Notes: generated from the letters alone by a model not told the origin. 63,659 nucleotides of DNA, filler included, from Lenisia limosa (GCA_001655205.1; 13 parts of 13 records of this genome joined end to end with filler, not necessarily neighbours in it); one strand, 5' to 3'. Shown: positions 22,790 to 35,540, counted from the first letter of the whole stretch. A program made the numbers and translations.

Positions 22790-24181
22790 TTTCAGGGCTG
22801 GTGCCGTAATAAGGGCTGACCTCTTGGAGGAAAGTGATAAGTGGACGCCCCAAGTGATCCAGTTTATAACTTACCTCATCTCCGAGCTTCTTGGGCTTGT
22901 CACCTGCACCACTCTGCAAAGTCTTGTGGTAACTCATATCAAAGCACGTTTTGATTGATTATTTTTTACACTCTTTACTACCTGGGCTTTCAAAGGGTGG
23001 AAATATTGGCATAAATATGCCTCCTTAGCCTGTTGTATTTTTTGAGAAGCAATGAGATCATACCATAACAACCAACCACACAACACCTTCGTCCATCATA
23101 GCTTGTGTCCTTCTTGGCCACCGGAGACTTTTTCCGCTTCTCGGCCCTCAATGACGTCCTGTTCTGCTTCGCCTCCTCCGTAGCCTTCACGCTTAGAAGC
23201 GATATTGGATTATAGTATAATATTAATTCACCCAATCATTTGCCTTACAACTCTGCACACAGCTTTCTGCGTGCCTCCCCAGCCTACCTACGAGGATTAG
23301 ATTCATCAATAAGGACATTACCTGCATAATAACCCAGGTAGGCCCTTCTCAGTTGCCGCAGATTCCTTATTTTTTTTAAGTCCCGAAATAATTATATATA
23401 AAAAATATCCAAGTCATAGACATAAAACACCATACCGGGTCGTCGAAGGGGATGGTGTTGGCCTCAAGCGCGTCATCAGAAAGTTGATTGTCGATCCAAG
23501 TGGATTAGTATCTTTCATTATTATTGCCTCTTTTTGTGTCAAAATTCAAAATCAACCCCCCACTCTGTTGGCGCGATTCTCGTCAAGAAAACTCTAATAA
23601 TGTGAAAAGATGGTTTTACTGATAGAATCACTCTTGCGGAGAGGGTTGTACACTGAGACGAAGGCACCTTTGTAATATTCAGGTTTTTAACCCGTTTCCG
23701 CTTGGCACAGGTGTTCTTGCGGTAGAAGACTGCTTCAGTTGTCTTGAGCTTGGCCTTGCGCTTATCATGTGCATCAAAAATATGGTTGAGGTGGTCGGTG
23801 TTGAGCTCAATATTTAGGTCTGATTATGTTCATTTTCATTCCATCATAAACAAACAGTATTGATTCAAACCCTTCGTACTGGCACCAAGACAGGTGAAGA
23901 AGTCACGTCCGAAGTTGAACATTCCAGAAACGAAATGAACGGAACACGAAGACCGACACAGGTAAGGAGAAGAGGCGCTTCTAATGGAAGGCAAGGAGCT
24001 ACGCACATACAATGAATATTAATTGACAAAAAAAAACAAGTGAAGAAGGATATTTGCTTACAATGGAGTTGAGAGCCTCGTTAATGTTAATTGGCTGGCC
24101 TGCCTTGTACTTCTGGATAGTTTCCATTGAGGCCCACTTCTGAGTCATTAGAGAAATCACATTTTTCGTCATATTTTTTTT
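22790..24181 (-). CDS. Hypothetical multi-exon protein (possible PH-like segment) with irregular splice junctions; may be a pseudogene
   Basis: Codon-biased exons MTKNVISLMTQKWASMETIQKYKAGQPININEALNSI, GMFNFGRDFFTCLGASTK|DLNIELNTDHLNHIF, CAFVSVYNPLRKSDSI and WIDNQLSDDALEANTIPFDDP. Three junctions do not close with GT-AG. Confidence 0.45.
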
Positions 24182-26072
24182 TTTTTTCAAAACTTCATTT
24201 TTAAAGTTCAGCTAAGGGGATGGTGAGAGTAAGAAGAGGGGAGTAAAAAAGGATAAATATGATTGAATCACAAGTGGATGATAAAATATTAAAATCACAG
24301 TGAATATGATAAAAAATAAATAAGACAATCTACAGGAAAATATGATGATTTCGATTGTATTATCTTACCCATTTGGGTCACTTTAGAAAGAAAATCTATC
24401 TAAAGATCACCAAAAAAGGAAAGGAGAGTAGTTGGTTTAGGGGAATGAAATTACAAAAGGAAGAGATCATCAGAGAGCCTTAAAATGCGCAGCAAGAGAG
24501 AGGACCGGGGGATGAAGATCGGTTCGGATCAGATCAATGATTGAATCCGCGAGGTGCCAAATCTGCTTGGATGCATTGGTAAAGTTCTTCAAATGCTCTA
24601 AATGATCATAACACTGGCAGAGCGGGAGTAGGTTGCAGCAGATCATTCAGAAGATCAGGAATTTAGGCGAACAGCACGGCATTTTTAGCCAGAAATAAAG
24701 AAGGGCAGAGGCATCAACAGACTTCATCAGGTTGTTGAACAGCTTCCAAAATCTTTCGATTTTGCTTGAATACAGCTGACTGAGACAAACCACTCCTCAT
24801 TTAAGTCAGTAGGCAACGTAATTAAGTCAAAAAGAACCACACGAGCTCGAACAAACCTGCAACATTTTACTGATCATCCAAAATCCTTCAATTCTCGTTT
24901 TTGAGAGCAGTGTTTATTTACAAGCTAATAATATTCAAAAACAGAAGAAGCAACAAAAAAGGAATCAAAATTTTTTTTCTTTATTTACAAAAATTGAACT
25001 GAACTTAGGTCACCCAGTTTACTGAGTAGTACACCAAGGTGCATATATATACATGTAGTACATTTCAATGATTGTTTGTTTTATAAAAACTTGATTAAAG
25101 CGGGCCAAAAGCAAAAGGGGCTTTTTTATTATTATTGTTCTCGATATTAGCAATTCTAAGAATTTTTTCAGAGGGTCCTATTTTTTTCTATCACATAGAC
25201 CGCTGAGAAGGAAAAAGGGGGGCTGTACAAGATCAGGGAAGAATGATTTTCCAAATAGTGCATCTTTCGGCTTGCTTAAGGTGCCAAAAGCTAAATACAT
25301 GTTGTAAGAGTTATTTAGATACGGGTTAGGCGATTGACAACTCTTAAATGAAGAGAATAGGGAGAAAAGAAAAAGAAGAGTGATCACTAAAGAAAAAAGA
25401 GAAGTAATTATTTTTCAAAAAAAGTTGCCCCCCCCCCCCGGGGCTCGATCCCCCGACCTCTAGTTCAAAAACCAATAAAAGTCCATCTGGTGATCCTTCT
25501 CAGGAAAGTATGTTTCTCAGATGATTAGTGTGGATCATAGTAACCAATGGGAACATAATAGCAAAATAATATTGAAAACAACCCAAATACAAGAAATAAA
25601 TAACAGACGAACGCAACGGTCGTAAGCCGTGACACTAAAATAGTAAAAACAATATTCTGGATAGATGCTGCAGATAGCGATTCTGTAAATAAAGATCAAC
25701 ATAAATAGGTGAAGATAAGACGCCAAAACGGCTAACATCCAGGGAATTCAGCTTAAGTAAGTACATAAATTCGGGGAATTCTATAATCAACTTTTTTCCA
25801 CATTTAATCCGCAATGAAATATTCTTTTCCGAACACACCAGTATAACATGGTTAGAAAATATTATAATCTCAAACAAGTATTGTCGCAGTAAACATACCA
25901 AATACTTCAGGAAGAGGAAGTTTTCAGAGCCAAGTTGAAGCCACTTAAATTGCCAAAAAACACTACAAAACCGTTAAAGAAGTCTTCATTCAGGTTTCAA
26001 ATCAAAGGGGAATCTGTAACCATTTACCCCGAGGGTGAAACAGTTGTTTCTAAAGGACTAAAACAAGCTGGA

Positions 26073-26580
26073 AAAGTGTGGTTAACATCGCTTTTATTCG
26101 AGATATGGAACAACAAATATTGAACAAACAACCTGGGGTGTCAATGTCTCAATTCCTCCTTATTACGTACTAAGGGGGGAGGAAATGACACCCACAAAGA
26201 ACAATCATATCCAAAAAAGGTTATGCATGACATGGTCAGCTGACCATATTCTATCATAATTCTACCAGATTCTATCAGGATTCTATGAAGAATTAGAGAG
26301 ACTATTTCAAAGTTCAGTTCACTTGTATTAAGTGAAACCCCCTTTTTACAGAAAACCTCTAAACCTAATTTCGGCACCCCTCCCTCCGCAGACCCTTTGT
26401 GCCACCTAATGTGTTTATGTCTAACAACTGTATTAATACATGATAGCGCTCTATGGGGGCTTTGGTCCGGATCTCTCTTCACACTCAATTACGTGTCACC
26501 TTACCACAGTATCACGTAGAAGGAAGTTAGAATATTTGTGTGCAATAACAAGAAGAATACAAGAGGGAGTTAATTCAAGC
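26073..26580 (+). mobile_element. Solo A-B terminal repeat of the YR retrotransposon
   Basis: Reverse complement of 16883-16385. It starts at the A/B1 boundary and has no flanking coding relic. Confidence 0.8.
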
Positions 26581-27424
26581 TGTCCGGTAGTTTTGATTTG
26601 TCCGGTGAATTTTGAATGCTGTCTGGAGCTACGAAGATATTTAATTATTTTATTTCACTATTCGTCTTGTTTCATTCCACTTACGTGTTTAGAAATTCAA
26701 GTGGAGGAATTGTAGAAGTTTCACAACGAGTTAGTTCGTTACTATTAATATAGATATTAGTGGCTATTCCTGGAATAACGCCCCTTCAGCTTCAACATAT
26801 TCATGAGGTTCGACGTCTTTGTGAATATGATACATTTTGCTATGCTTGCGTCATTTAATCCGAAAAAATCAGATTATTCGACAAAAAAAAAAAAAAANNN
26901 NNNNNNNNNNNNNNNNNNNNNNNNNNNNNNNNNNNNNNNNNNNNNNNNNNNNNNNNNNNNNNNNNNNNNNNNNNNNNNNNNNNNNNNNNNNNNNNNNNNN
27001 NNNNNNNNNNNNNNNNNNNNNNNTTTCAAAAAAATAACCACATACACTTGAGAAAAATACACAATCGACCATAGGTACAAGTTACTTCTTGGACTTCTTC
27101 TTTGCTGTTGTCTTTTGGCCGGTAAGTTCTGCTGAGGCACGGCGTTTGCGGTTGGCATCCAGTGTTTCCACACCGTCGAAGTTGTCATAAANNNNNNNNN
27201 NNNNNNNNNNNNNNNNNNNNNNNNNNNNNNNNNNNNNNNNNNNNNNNNNNNNNNNNNNNNNNNNNNNNNNNNNNNNNNNNNNNNNNNNNNNNNNNNNNNN
27301 NNNNNNNNNNNNNNNNNNNNNNNNNNNNNNNNNNNNNNNNNNNNNNNNNNNNNNNNNNNNNNNNNNNNNNNNNNNNNNNNNNNNNNNNNNNNNNNATAAG
27401 AAGAATGGTGATTTAGCATTTGGG

Positions 27425-28800
27425 TTGGCCGAAACGACGGTGGAGATGCTCCGAGACTCTACTCCAAAACATGAAATTCCACCAGAACGTTGTCTTTTTG
27501 GCGATGAGGTCGCATGGATGAAGTCATACTTCGGAGATGTTAAAGGAGAAGCTCTTGCTTCTGCAATTTCTATGTCGACATTGGAAGGCTCAATTGTGGA
27601 ATCCTCCAGAGATTGACACCATCATTAAATGGATCAACGACAACCCCATTGAAGACACCCTGCGAATGGAGCAACCGAGTGAAGCCACCATGAAAGCTGC
27701 AAATGAGCAGAGTATGCAAGTTCTTGGCATCAATTCCAGTGCTTTTTTCAATACGGAAGCTGTGATGCTCGCTCTTGAACGTCTAAGTGAGCGCTACAAG
27801 TCAACAGCGTACGACCCCATCCTTGTCACTTTGGATGGTGCAAGNNNNNNNNNNNNNNNNNNNNNNNNNNNNNNNNNNNNNNNNNNNNNNNNNNNNNNNN
27901 NNNNNNNNNNNNNNNNNNNNNNNNNNNNNNNNNNNNNNNNNNNNNNNNNNNNNNNNNNNNNNNNNNNNNNNNNNNNNNNNNNNNNNNNNNNNNNNNNNNN
28001 NNNNNNNNNNNNNNNNNNNNNNNNNNNNNNNNNNNATCTTCCCATATTCACTATTGATATGATATGATGATATGACTGACTTTGGAGTCTGAAATGATGA
28101 ACGAAGACAACTTTGGGGATTCACTCAAAGTGTAAGACTTGTCAATTTTCACCCCAAGTGGAATTGAGGTAGTATCACTGAAGGTAGTATCATAGTGGGA
28201 ATGTGTGAGAATAACTCCTAAGGTGATATAATATGGAATGATATTGATTATTTAGGTGGGGGATTCCTACCATCACGCCAAGGTGAATGACTGCCTTAGA
28301 AGACTGATTGCGTCATACAGTTCATCTTTCCCAAACAAGTATGCTGATAATATGAGCACTTCTTTGTGCTCTCTTACGTTCAAAAGTTTCTCTAAATACT
28401 TCTTTCTTCTTAAAATAGAGTTTAATTTCACTCCCTAGGCCAATCACAGAGGCTGAAATTGCAACAATGGTGTCAAAATCCCTCAGAGCCCCAGGCATAC
28501 TGTTATGAAGGCATCACTGAATGCCTGTGGTTACACGGTTGAAGGTTATCAACCACTGCTAATTGACAACAAGGTTTACGAGCAGGGAAGAATATACAGA
28601 CCACTCCCAAAAGATGGTTACCAATCCCCAACACCAAGTTTTGCAAAAAGTTGTTCTCACCTACCAATTTGAATACTCCGTTTAAGGCACCAAACTTGTA
28701 CCCCAATTTACCTGCCTGGCCTAAGATGCTACAATCATCTCTTTTGGGGAAGGCACACTGTACCACCGAGCTTCAGACTGTCAAATAGGAAGCACTATTG
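27425..28800 (+). mobile_element. Possible IS630/Tc1/pogo-like DDE transposase relic
   Basis: FFNTEAVMLALERLSERYKSTAYDPILVTLDGA resembles the second-Asp region of DDE_1/DDE_3 transposases. Downstream VMKASLNACG resembles the pogo C-terminal motif. Interrupted by N gaps. Confidence 0.35.
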
Positions 28801-28984
28801 CATTTGAGCAGGCTGTTTCTCTCCAAGCATCGGATAGACTCAAGGAGAATANNNNNNNNNNNNNNNNNNNNNNNNNNNNNNNNNNNNNNNNNNNNTTAAT
28901 TAATTAANNNNNNNNNNNNNNNNNNNNNNNNNNNNNNNNNNNNNNNNNNNNATTATAGTATACACTACATAGCATTACAACACT

Positions 28985-31900
28985 ACTCTCATTTTCCAGA
29001 TAGTAGCGCCGTCCCACCCGTTGCGGGAGAACTTCATTTGTGTGACCGGGGCCCCCAAGGGTGCTATTCTTCGAGTCACCTTCGGCGCCCGGGTCCCTGT
29101 CAGCCCAGGCCCGCCGGCTGGGATTCCTTGGCCTGCCAAGGCGGTTTAGACATACGAAGACTGAATCGCTGAAAAAAAAAGCCTCCTCTCAAGCCTCCTC
29201 TCAAACAGGCCTCCCCCCCCCCCCNNNNNNNNNNNNNNNNNNNNNNNNNNNNNNNNNNNNNNNNNNNNNNNNNNNNNNNNNNNNNNNNNNNNNNNNNNNN
29301 NNNNNNNNNNNNNNNNNNNNNNNNNNNNNNNNNNNNNNNNNNNNNNNNNNNNNNNNNNNNNNNCAGTGACAAGCGTCTAATAGCGTAAGGCATAAGCAAA
29401 ATGTAACTAGAAATCAATAGCTCTGTTCTTGAACTACCAGGGGGTTTGGCGGTGCGTTGTAGAATGCAGCCTCCTCAATATCCGAATCGGACGGGAAGCC
29501 TAAGGATGTGAATACATATAAAAAAACAGCTACACCCCCCTCCCCATCTCCACTCACCAGCATCACCAAACAGCTCTTTGTCCTTGTCATGTTGTGCCTG
29601 GACAGGCAGCGAGTAGATGATGACGGCACCGGACACACAGCCGACCGCCATTGTTCGTCCGTCCGAATCGGTCTGCAGGTTTAAGCTTAGGGTGGACACT
29701 AGGTCTTGCTTGTAACTTTATGTTGCACATGGGAGAAGGCACAACCCACCGCTAAGCACGAAACAAGGGACTCTTTGCGAACATCAAAGCACCAGTTTGT
29801 CTCACTACGCAGGGACCAGCAGCGGTGAAGGGCTTGACTGGCTCGTCTCCAGGACTGTCGGGGAGATAATGTCAGGTACAGATCAGTATTGGGACATGGG
29901 CAGTAAAATGAAGGCAACACATCAGGTACTATGACGCACCTCAATATCCACTGGCTTTGGAGGGAGGCAGGAGAAGCGTTGTTGAGTTGGACGATGGTCA
30001 AGCTGACTGTCGACCTAGGGTGTGAGTCGACATAAAAAGGATAATATTCTATGTAGTAAGAAACTCACCCATCACATACCAGCGAGGGGTGTACAGGGCT
30101 GAGGATGTCCACATACGGAAGGGAGGAAGCGATGTCCGACTCGGAAGAGGTCACCTGTGCGTGTAAACGGATGGATAGCAAAGGCAGAATCAAGCTATAA
30201 ATAAAGACAAACTAATACAATAACCAAGCGCACAATTCTTGGCTGGGACAAACCGCCGCCCCGAGCTCTTTCATTACGTAAGTCCACCATTTGGTTCCAT
30301 AGAACTTGCCTGATTTTGTCAATTGCATGCACCATTGATAACATCCATTTATCTGGTTGCAAAGTAAGCATAACCCACTTTGTTGCCTTCTGGTGAGCAG
30401 TGCTACTGAGTACTGCCGACAAAATGGAGTAATCCAGCGACATCCGTGCTAAAGGATGATGAATCCCAGATTACCACAACTCAAGTTGATGTTGCCTGTA
30501 ACCCACCATTCGATCTCCACTTCAGTTGAGCCTCAAGTTGGGACTTCAGCGTTTCCTGAATAACCTAGAGGGTAAAGGAATATAGCAGTCATGGGCACGA
30601 TTGAACACCCACCTCGGTCACCAAGCTTTTCAATGAACACCCACCTCGGTCACCAAGCTTTCCATTATTGCGGCCATAGCTTTGGTCTTGGCCTCTTCGT
30701 TGTTGTCTTTGATCCACGCTGCCAGGCTCTTTATCGTCAGAAATGTGTCGATAAGGCGTTTGTCACTACTCCAAGCCCACAGTTTTGGTGGCCGTGAGCT
30801 GACTAGCCACGTCATCGACTTGTCTGTCAAGAACTTGTGATACCAACGACATAATATATCGTCTCATCTAAAATGTAAACCAAGTCTCGAAATGACCCAG
30901 TTCATGGTACCAATAGTAAACGTCAAAATGCGACCTTGGTAACGTACCTCAATAGCAAGGCCTCTTTGGCGGGGTGGATAGGTGCTGACAGCATACATGC
31001 CTGGGGGTTACACAGTGATGCTATTTTGTAGGAAACTACAAACACCCATTCTTTGATGAAAAAGCATCCCTCTCAGTTTACCAGAATACGGAGTTTGTGG
31101 GCGTTCAGCTGGTCGCTGTGCTCTTCTAAAGGGTATTACTTGGTATAGCCCCAAGCCAAACCAGTAGCAACCCACTTGAGATTGAGAACCCGCTGCTCAA
31201 GTTGCGGCATTGCAGAAACGACCTCGCCGGCAACGCCTGATACATCCAGCGCTGATGAAGGGCGGTAGTCCGTGACTAGTGAATAAGTAGCAAAACCACA
31301 ATAGTGAGTATAGCTATTCAACTAAGCCCTTCACATAACTTATCTGCCCCCCCCCCCCCNNNNNNNNNNNNNNNNNNNNNNNNNNNNNNNNNNNNNNNNN
31401 NNNNNNNNNNNNNNNNNNNNNNNNNNNNNNNNNNNNNNNNNNNNNNNNNNNNNNGAGTAATAAATCGGACAGTGGTTGAGTAAAATTGGACGCAGTCAAT
31501 CAGGTGTAAAATCTAGAAAATGTAAATAGTAAATGTCGTTGTTTTGACCAAATTACCCAACATACAAGGGTACCACCTAATATGTTATGATCCAAAGGTC
31601 CAACATTGACCCCACCTTGACCGCTTGGCTCTGAAGCTCCAGAAGGCGGCGGCGACGCAAAAGGCTTTCTTTTCGTGCCATCACGTCAGCATGCAGTATT
31701 TTGTACTCCTCCTCGCGTTTGGCGAGAACAGGGTCCAAGAGAGGAGCCGAGCCGGCAGTACTTTCAGTGATCTCAACAGCTGGAATGAGTCATTTGATGC
31801 TGTTGGGTATTATACAAATCATTCTCTCTTCGAAGAAACCAACACGTTTGACAAACACGTTATCAAATACACTAAATAATTATCTCCACATCCATATAAT

Positions 31901-32875
31901 ATATATCATACAGTGTATGAGAGATCTACCATACAACAATCCATCACAAACCGATATTGGAGAGCGTTTTGGGGTCGAAACGGCCCTCTTCCTTCAGAGC
32001 TTTCAACTCGGATTCCAATGCGTTTGACTTGTTGATGAGGCCCTCAAGAGACGATCCATATGCCCCCACTCGCTGGCTAGTCTCCTCGCGAATAACCTCA
32101 AGCTGTGTTTGCCTACACTGTCATTGTTACCCTGTTTTTCCAAGCAGGTTTTTTCATTCTTCGTATATATTATATACTTTTTCAAATATTGATGAGGAAA
32201 AAACCATGGTAACAATGAGTATTGCGGAATCCCCCCTCACTTTTCATAGATATCAGATGAGAGGTCTTCTTTTTTGCTCTTTAAATGATCGAGTTGGATT
32301 TTTCTGAGAACAATTTCCTCAATAATTTGGTCTCTTTCAACCTCCCATACATCCTGGAATTGTGAAAAACGTCACATAAATTTAGAAATGAGAAATAAAA
32401 GAAGGATCTGACCATAGCCAACCCCGCTCATAAGACTTAACCATTTGCTGCAACGTACGCACGCTCTTTCTGAGTACAAAGATGTCTATCATTGATGAAA
32501 CCTACCAAAGCTTCCTGATACTCCTGATCCTGAAGTTCGGCTAAGACGCCAGCTTGCTTTTGGATCTGTTGTGCCAACGACTCCTCCATTGTTCCGCCGG
32601 TACTCGTTCGGTCTTTATCTGCAACGTGTCAGTGAAAAAAACAACATGTTTGGGTTTTTTTTGGGTTGGTGGATGACAAAGTTAAGTAGCCCACCTGAAG
32701 AAGCAGAGTTTCTTGATTTAGGTTCTCTTGCTGACCCCAAGTCATCGTCATAAGAGAGGGGTGTTGACGGCTTGACACGAGTGATACCAGGGCCATTATC
32801 AAACACCCGAGGGAGTTCTGCTCCCTGATCCAGTGTGCCTCCATATGAGACATCAGGGAATTCAGGGGCATCCAT
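28985..32875 (-). CDS. Coiled-coil plus C-terminal WD40 protein, dynein intermediate chain-like (WDR60/WDR34-type), multi-exon
   Basis: N-terminal MDAPEFPDVSYGG..., coiled coil LAKREEEYKILHADVMARKESLLRRRRLLELQ, and a terminal WD-like blade LSLNLQTDSDGRTMAVGCVSGAVIIYSLP. Confidence 0.4.
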
Positions 32876-33152
32876 TATAGTGGTTATCTCCGAGAAATGC
32901 CTTGGCACATTGCCAACTGTGACAAGAGATCAGTGTAAATATCCAGTTTGAAATAGGTTTATCGGTTTATATGTTTATAAATCTGTCATACATAAATCAA
33001 TAAATTAATAAAGGGCTGGTGGGTGGATTGGCTGGTAGAAACTGCTTGAATAGTTCTCAAACCTGGGGGATGAACAAAACTAGTTTCTCTTTAAGCGTTC
33101 AGTTTTTGGATATAAGTGTTTAATCTATAAATCTTAGAATAATAGATAAGCT

Positions 33153-33550
33153 ATGGAGTTAGTGACGGAAAAGGGGGGTATTCATAAGCAAGTGATTGTT
33201 CACCCAATTGTGCTGTTGTCAATTGTTGACCACTACAATAGATCTGCTAAAGGTAGGTATTTAAGTAATATAAATCGGAACTAGAGGGTTGAAAAGTGCG
33301 ACTTTTTGCTTTTAGTGAATTCACGTTTCTGTAGATACCCAAAAGAGAGTTGTTGGCTGCTTGTTAGGTACAACAAGAAAAGGAGTTACAGATGTTACGA
33401 ACTCGTTTGCTGGTAAGTTGTTCTACTACTTTAGCCTGAAGTAACCTTCTTCCACAGTTCCCTTTGATGAGGACAAGAAAAATCCTTCTGTATGGTTTTA
33501 TGACCATAACTATATGGATGAGATGTACACCATGTTCCGCAAGGTTAATG
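33153..33550 (+). CDS. PSMD7: 26S proteasome lid subunit Rpn8/PSMD7 (MPN domain), 3'-partial
   Basis: Exons 33153-33252, 33335-33412 and 33458-33550 give [18 protein letters not shown]...KRVVGCLLG...[38 protein letters not shown]. Confidence 0.95.
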
Positions 33551-33906
33551 GTAGGCTGGTTGCCGTTTGTTCATACCCCCTTCTCTTTGCTTCTTGCGAT
33601 AATGGTGGAAATTGTGATGGTGGTGGTGTTGATCATGAGCGTAGTGAAGATAGTGGCCCTGGCTTGTTTTTTTTTGAATGATAATATCATCAGACTATTT
33701 CTTTTCAGTTTTTTTGATATATGATATACAACAATTCTAATAAGTTGAAGTGATATAAATAACAATTATTATAATTATTAATCCCTGCCCCCCAATTTTA
33801 CCCCTNNNNNNNNNNNNNNNNNNNNNNNNNNNNNNNNNNNNNNNNNNNNTTAATTAATTAANNNNNNNNNNNNNNNNNNNNNNNNNNNNNNNNNNNNNNN
33901 NNNNNA

Positions 33907-35540
33907 CGTTAAAAACCCGGATAACAGCGCGTCGCATGGTCCCGGGCTGGGGGGGGGGTGAAATTAAAAATTTTATGAAACAAAAAAAGCCCAAAATCAA
34001 CTCTGTTGGGTGAAAACACACGAGGTTGATTACACCAAAACAAACAAAGCTCAGGCCAGTCGCTTCTACAGCAACACGAAGGAAATTTATGAAACAAAAA
34101 AATAGCCCAAAATCAACTTTGTTGGATAGAAATACGTAATACGATAGAAATTTTGATGATGAATAGTGGTAAAGGTGCTACTAATCTGTGAAAAAAGGTT
34201 GTGACACATTTCAACATCCATGTGGGGAAATGCTAATCTGAACAAAGTAAAAACCTCAACGGAACAACATAGGTGCTGTAGTGTACAGGTTCACATATAA
34301 AGGCAAAACTGAAACTGGAACATAGGTGCTGTTGTGTACAGGTTCACATATAAAGGCAAAACTGAAAATGTACTGCATTAAGGATGTCAGCCTTTTTTGG
34401 CTGTTAATCTCACATGTACGTTCACAGAAACATCTTACCCGAATGTCATATTTCCAACATGTAACTGCTCCAGTTATGTGATAAGTTCCACAACTGAATT
34501 GGTCCAAAAGGTCCATCATACTACAACCCCCACCGTGACGTCTTTGAACACCAGGACAGGGGGTCTGACATTGATCACCTCTGCCATTTCGCTTTCTGCA
34601 AGGTCCGCCTGACGGGTGAATAATGCCAATTTAGGAAACAAAAAACAGGGAGGGAAAAGCTGGAAACTCTCCATTCTCTAGAAGTCCAATCAAATATTCT
34701 TGCTTAATGAAGAGTGCAAGTTCATAAGATAGAACATATCATATTAATTCCGAATAAAAGGGTTTAAATGAAGCAAGAAAGGCAGAATGACAACACTGCA
34801 AAACTGCCGCATGTAATGCAACTCCCCCGGTGCCTCCGTCTTTCAAATCCTGCTCAAATCCATAGTATTGTTTTTGTACAGTTCGTGTCGAATAAACGTT
34901 TCGCAAAAAAATAATGTAATGCAACCCTGATATTTGAAAACGGTTTCAACAATGTTGAATTCCATTCCATTCTTCCCCACTTCCTTTTTGTTTTCAAATC
35001 AATTCCCACTTACACAACATAAAGCAGACACTTAACAACAATTAGTACAAGCAACCCTCCCACCTTGTTCTGCAAGACCTTGACGGCGTTAGAGGGGCCC
35101 TCAGGGGGGCGGTATTTGACTGGCTCCGCAACAAGGCGCGTTGACAGAAGAGCGTCAATCGGAAGCGCTCGATCATCAAGATCCAAAGCATCGTGTGTAC
35201 GTGGAACTGTCAACGTTTCATCAACAGGAAGAAGGTCCGCGTAGACGTCGTTATGATCTCGCTGAATGTTGCTCGGAGCCTGCCATTCCGTCCCACCTTC
35301 ACTGCTCATAACTTCCTCGTTAACTTCATCTATCGGAGTTTGGACGCACAATGGCGATTCAACCCCTTGGATGGAGGGCTGGGTGCTTGGAAGGTGGTGA
35401 TCGTCATCACTGCTGTCGTCACTGTTGTCAGGGAGACTTCCAAAGTCTTCTGCGTCGTCTTCATATAGTTCTTCCACCTCATTGTCTGCAGTGAAGACCC
35501 GGGAGGGTGACGGGAGGTCCGTGGGTTTGTTGGGTGGCAT
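33907..35540 (-). CDS. Hypothetical protein with acidic N-terminus and possible ASH/Ig-like ciliary domain, 3'-partial
   Basis: ORF 35540-35060, then exons EVINVRPPVLVFKDVTVGV, FAFICEPVHYSTYVPLR and PGTMRRAVIRVFNV. Confidence 0.45.
33947..34080 (-). repeat. Intron 3'-end repeat family B (GCGACTGGCCTGGGCTTTG...CCAACAGAGTTGATTTTGGGC...CATAAATTTTCCAATTTCACCCCC-AG)
   Basis: Copies at 40620-40725, 41235-41321, 42925-43030, 45283-45400, 45845-45930, 46000-46232, ~47800-47890, ~48090-48188, 54680-54830 (minus) and 58405-58525, with a partial copy at 57280. Confidence 0.9.

Noticed and set aside
23133-23147. CGCTTCTCGGCC matching the U2 snRNA 5' end
   Set aside because: The match is only 12 nt, lies antisense within an exon, and the rest of U2 is absent.
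24480-24790. Coding-like minus-strand stretch (HLEHLKNFTNASKQIWHLADSIIDLIRTDL)
   Set aside because: It contains an internal stop, has no recognisable motif, and could not be linked to a gene or TE.
25426-25470. tRNA-like 3' half (AGAGGTCGGGGGATCGAGCCCC-G13-CA plus T7) on the minus strand
   Set aside because: No 5' half, D-arm or anticodon arm was found and the T-stem is imperfect. At most it is a tRNA pseudogene fragment.
29215-29363. N gaps that begin at long C, G, A or T homopolymers throughout the window
   Set aside because: This is typical short-read dropout, and true tract lengths cannot be inferred.
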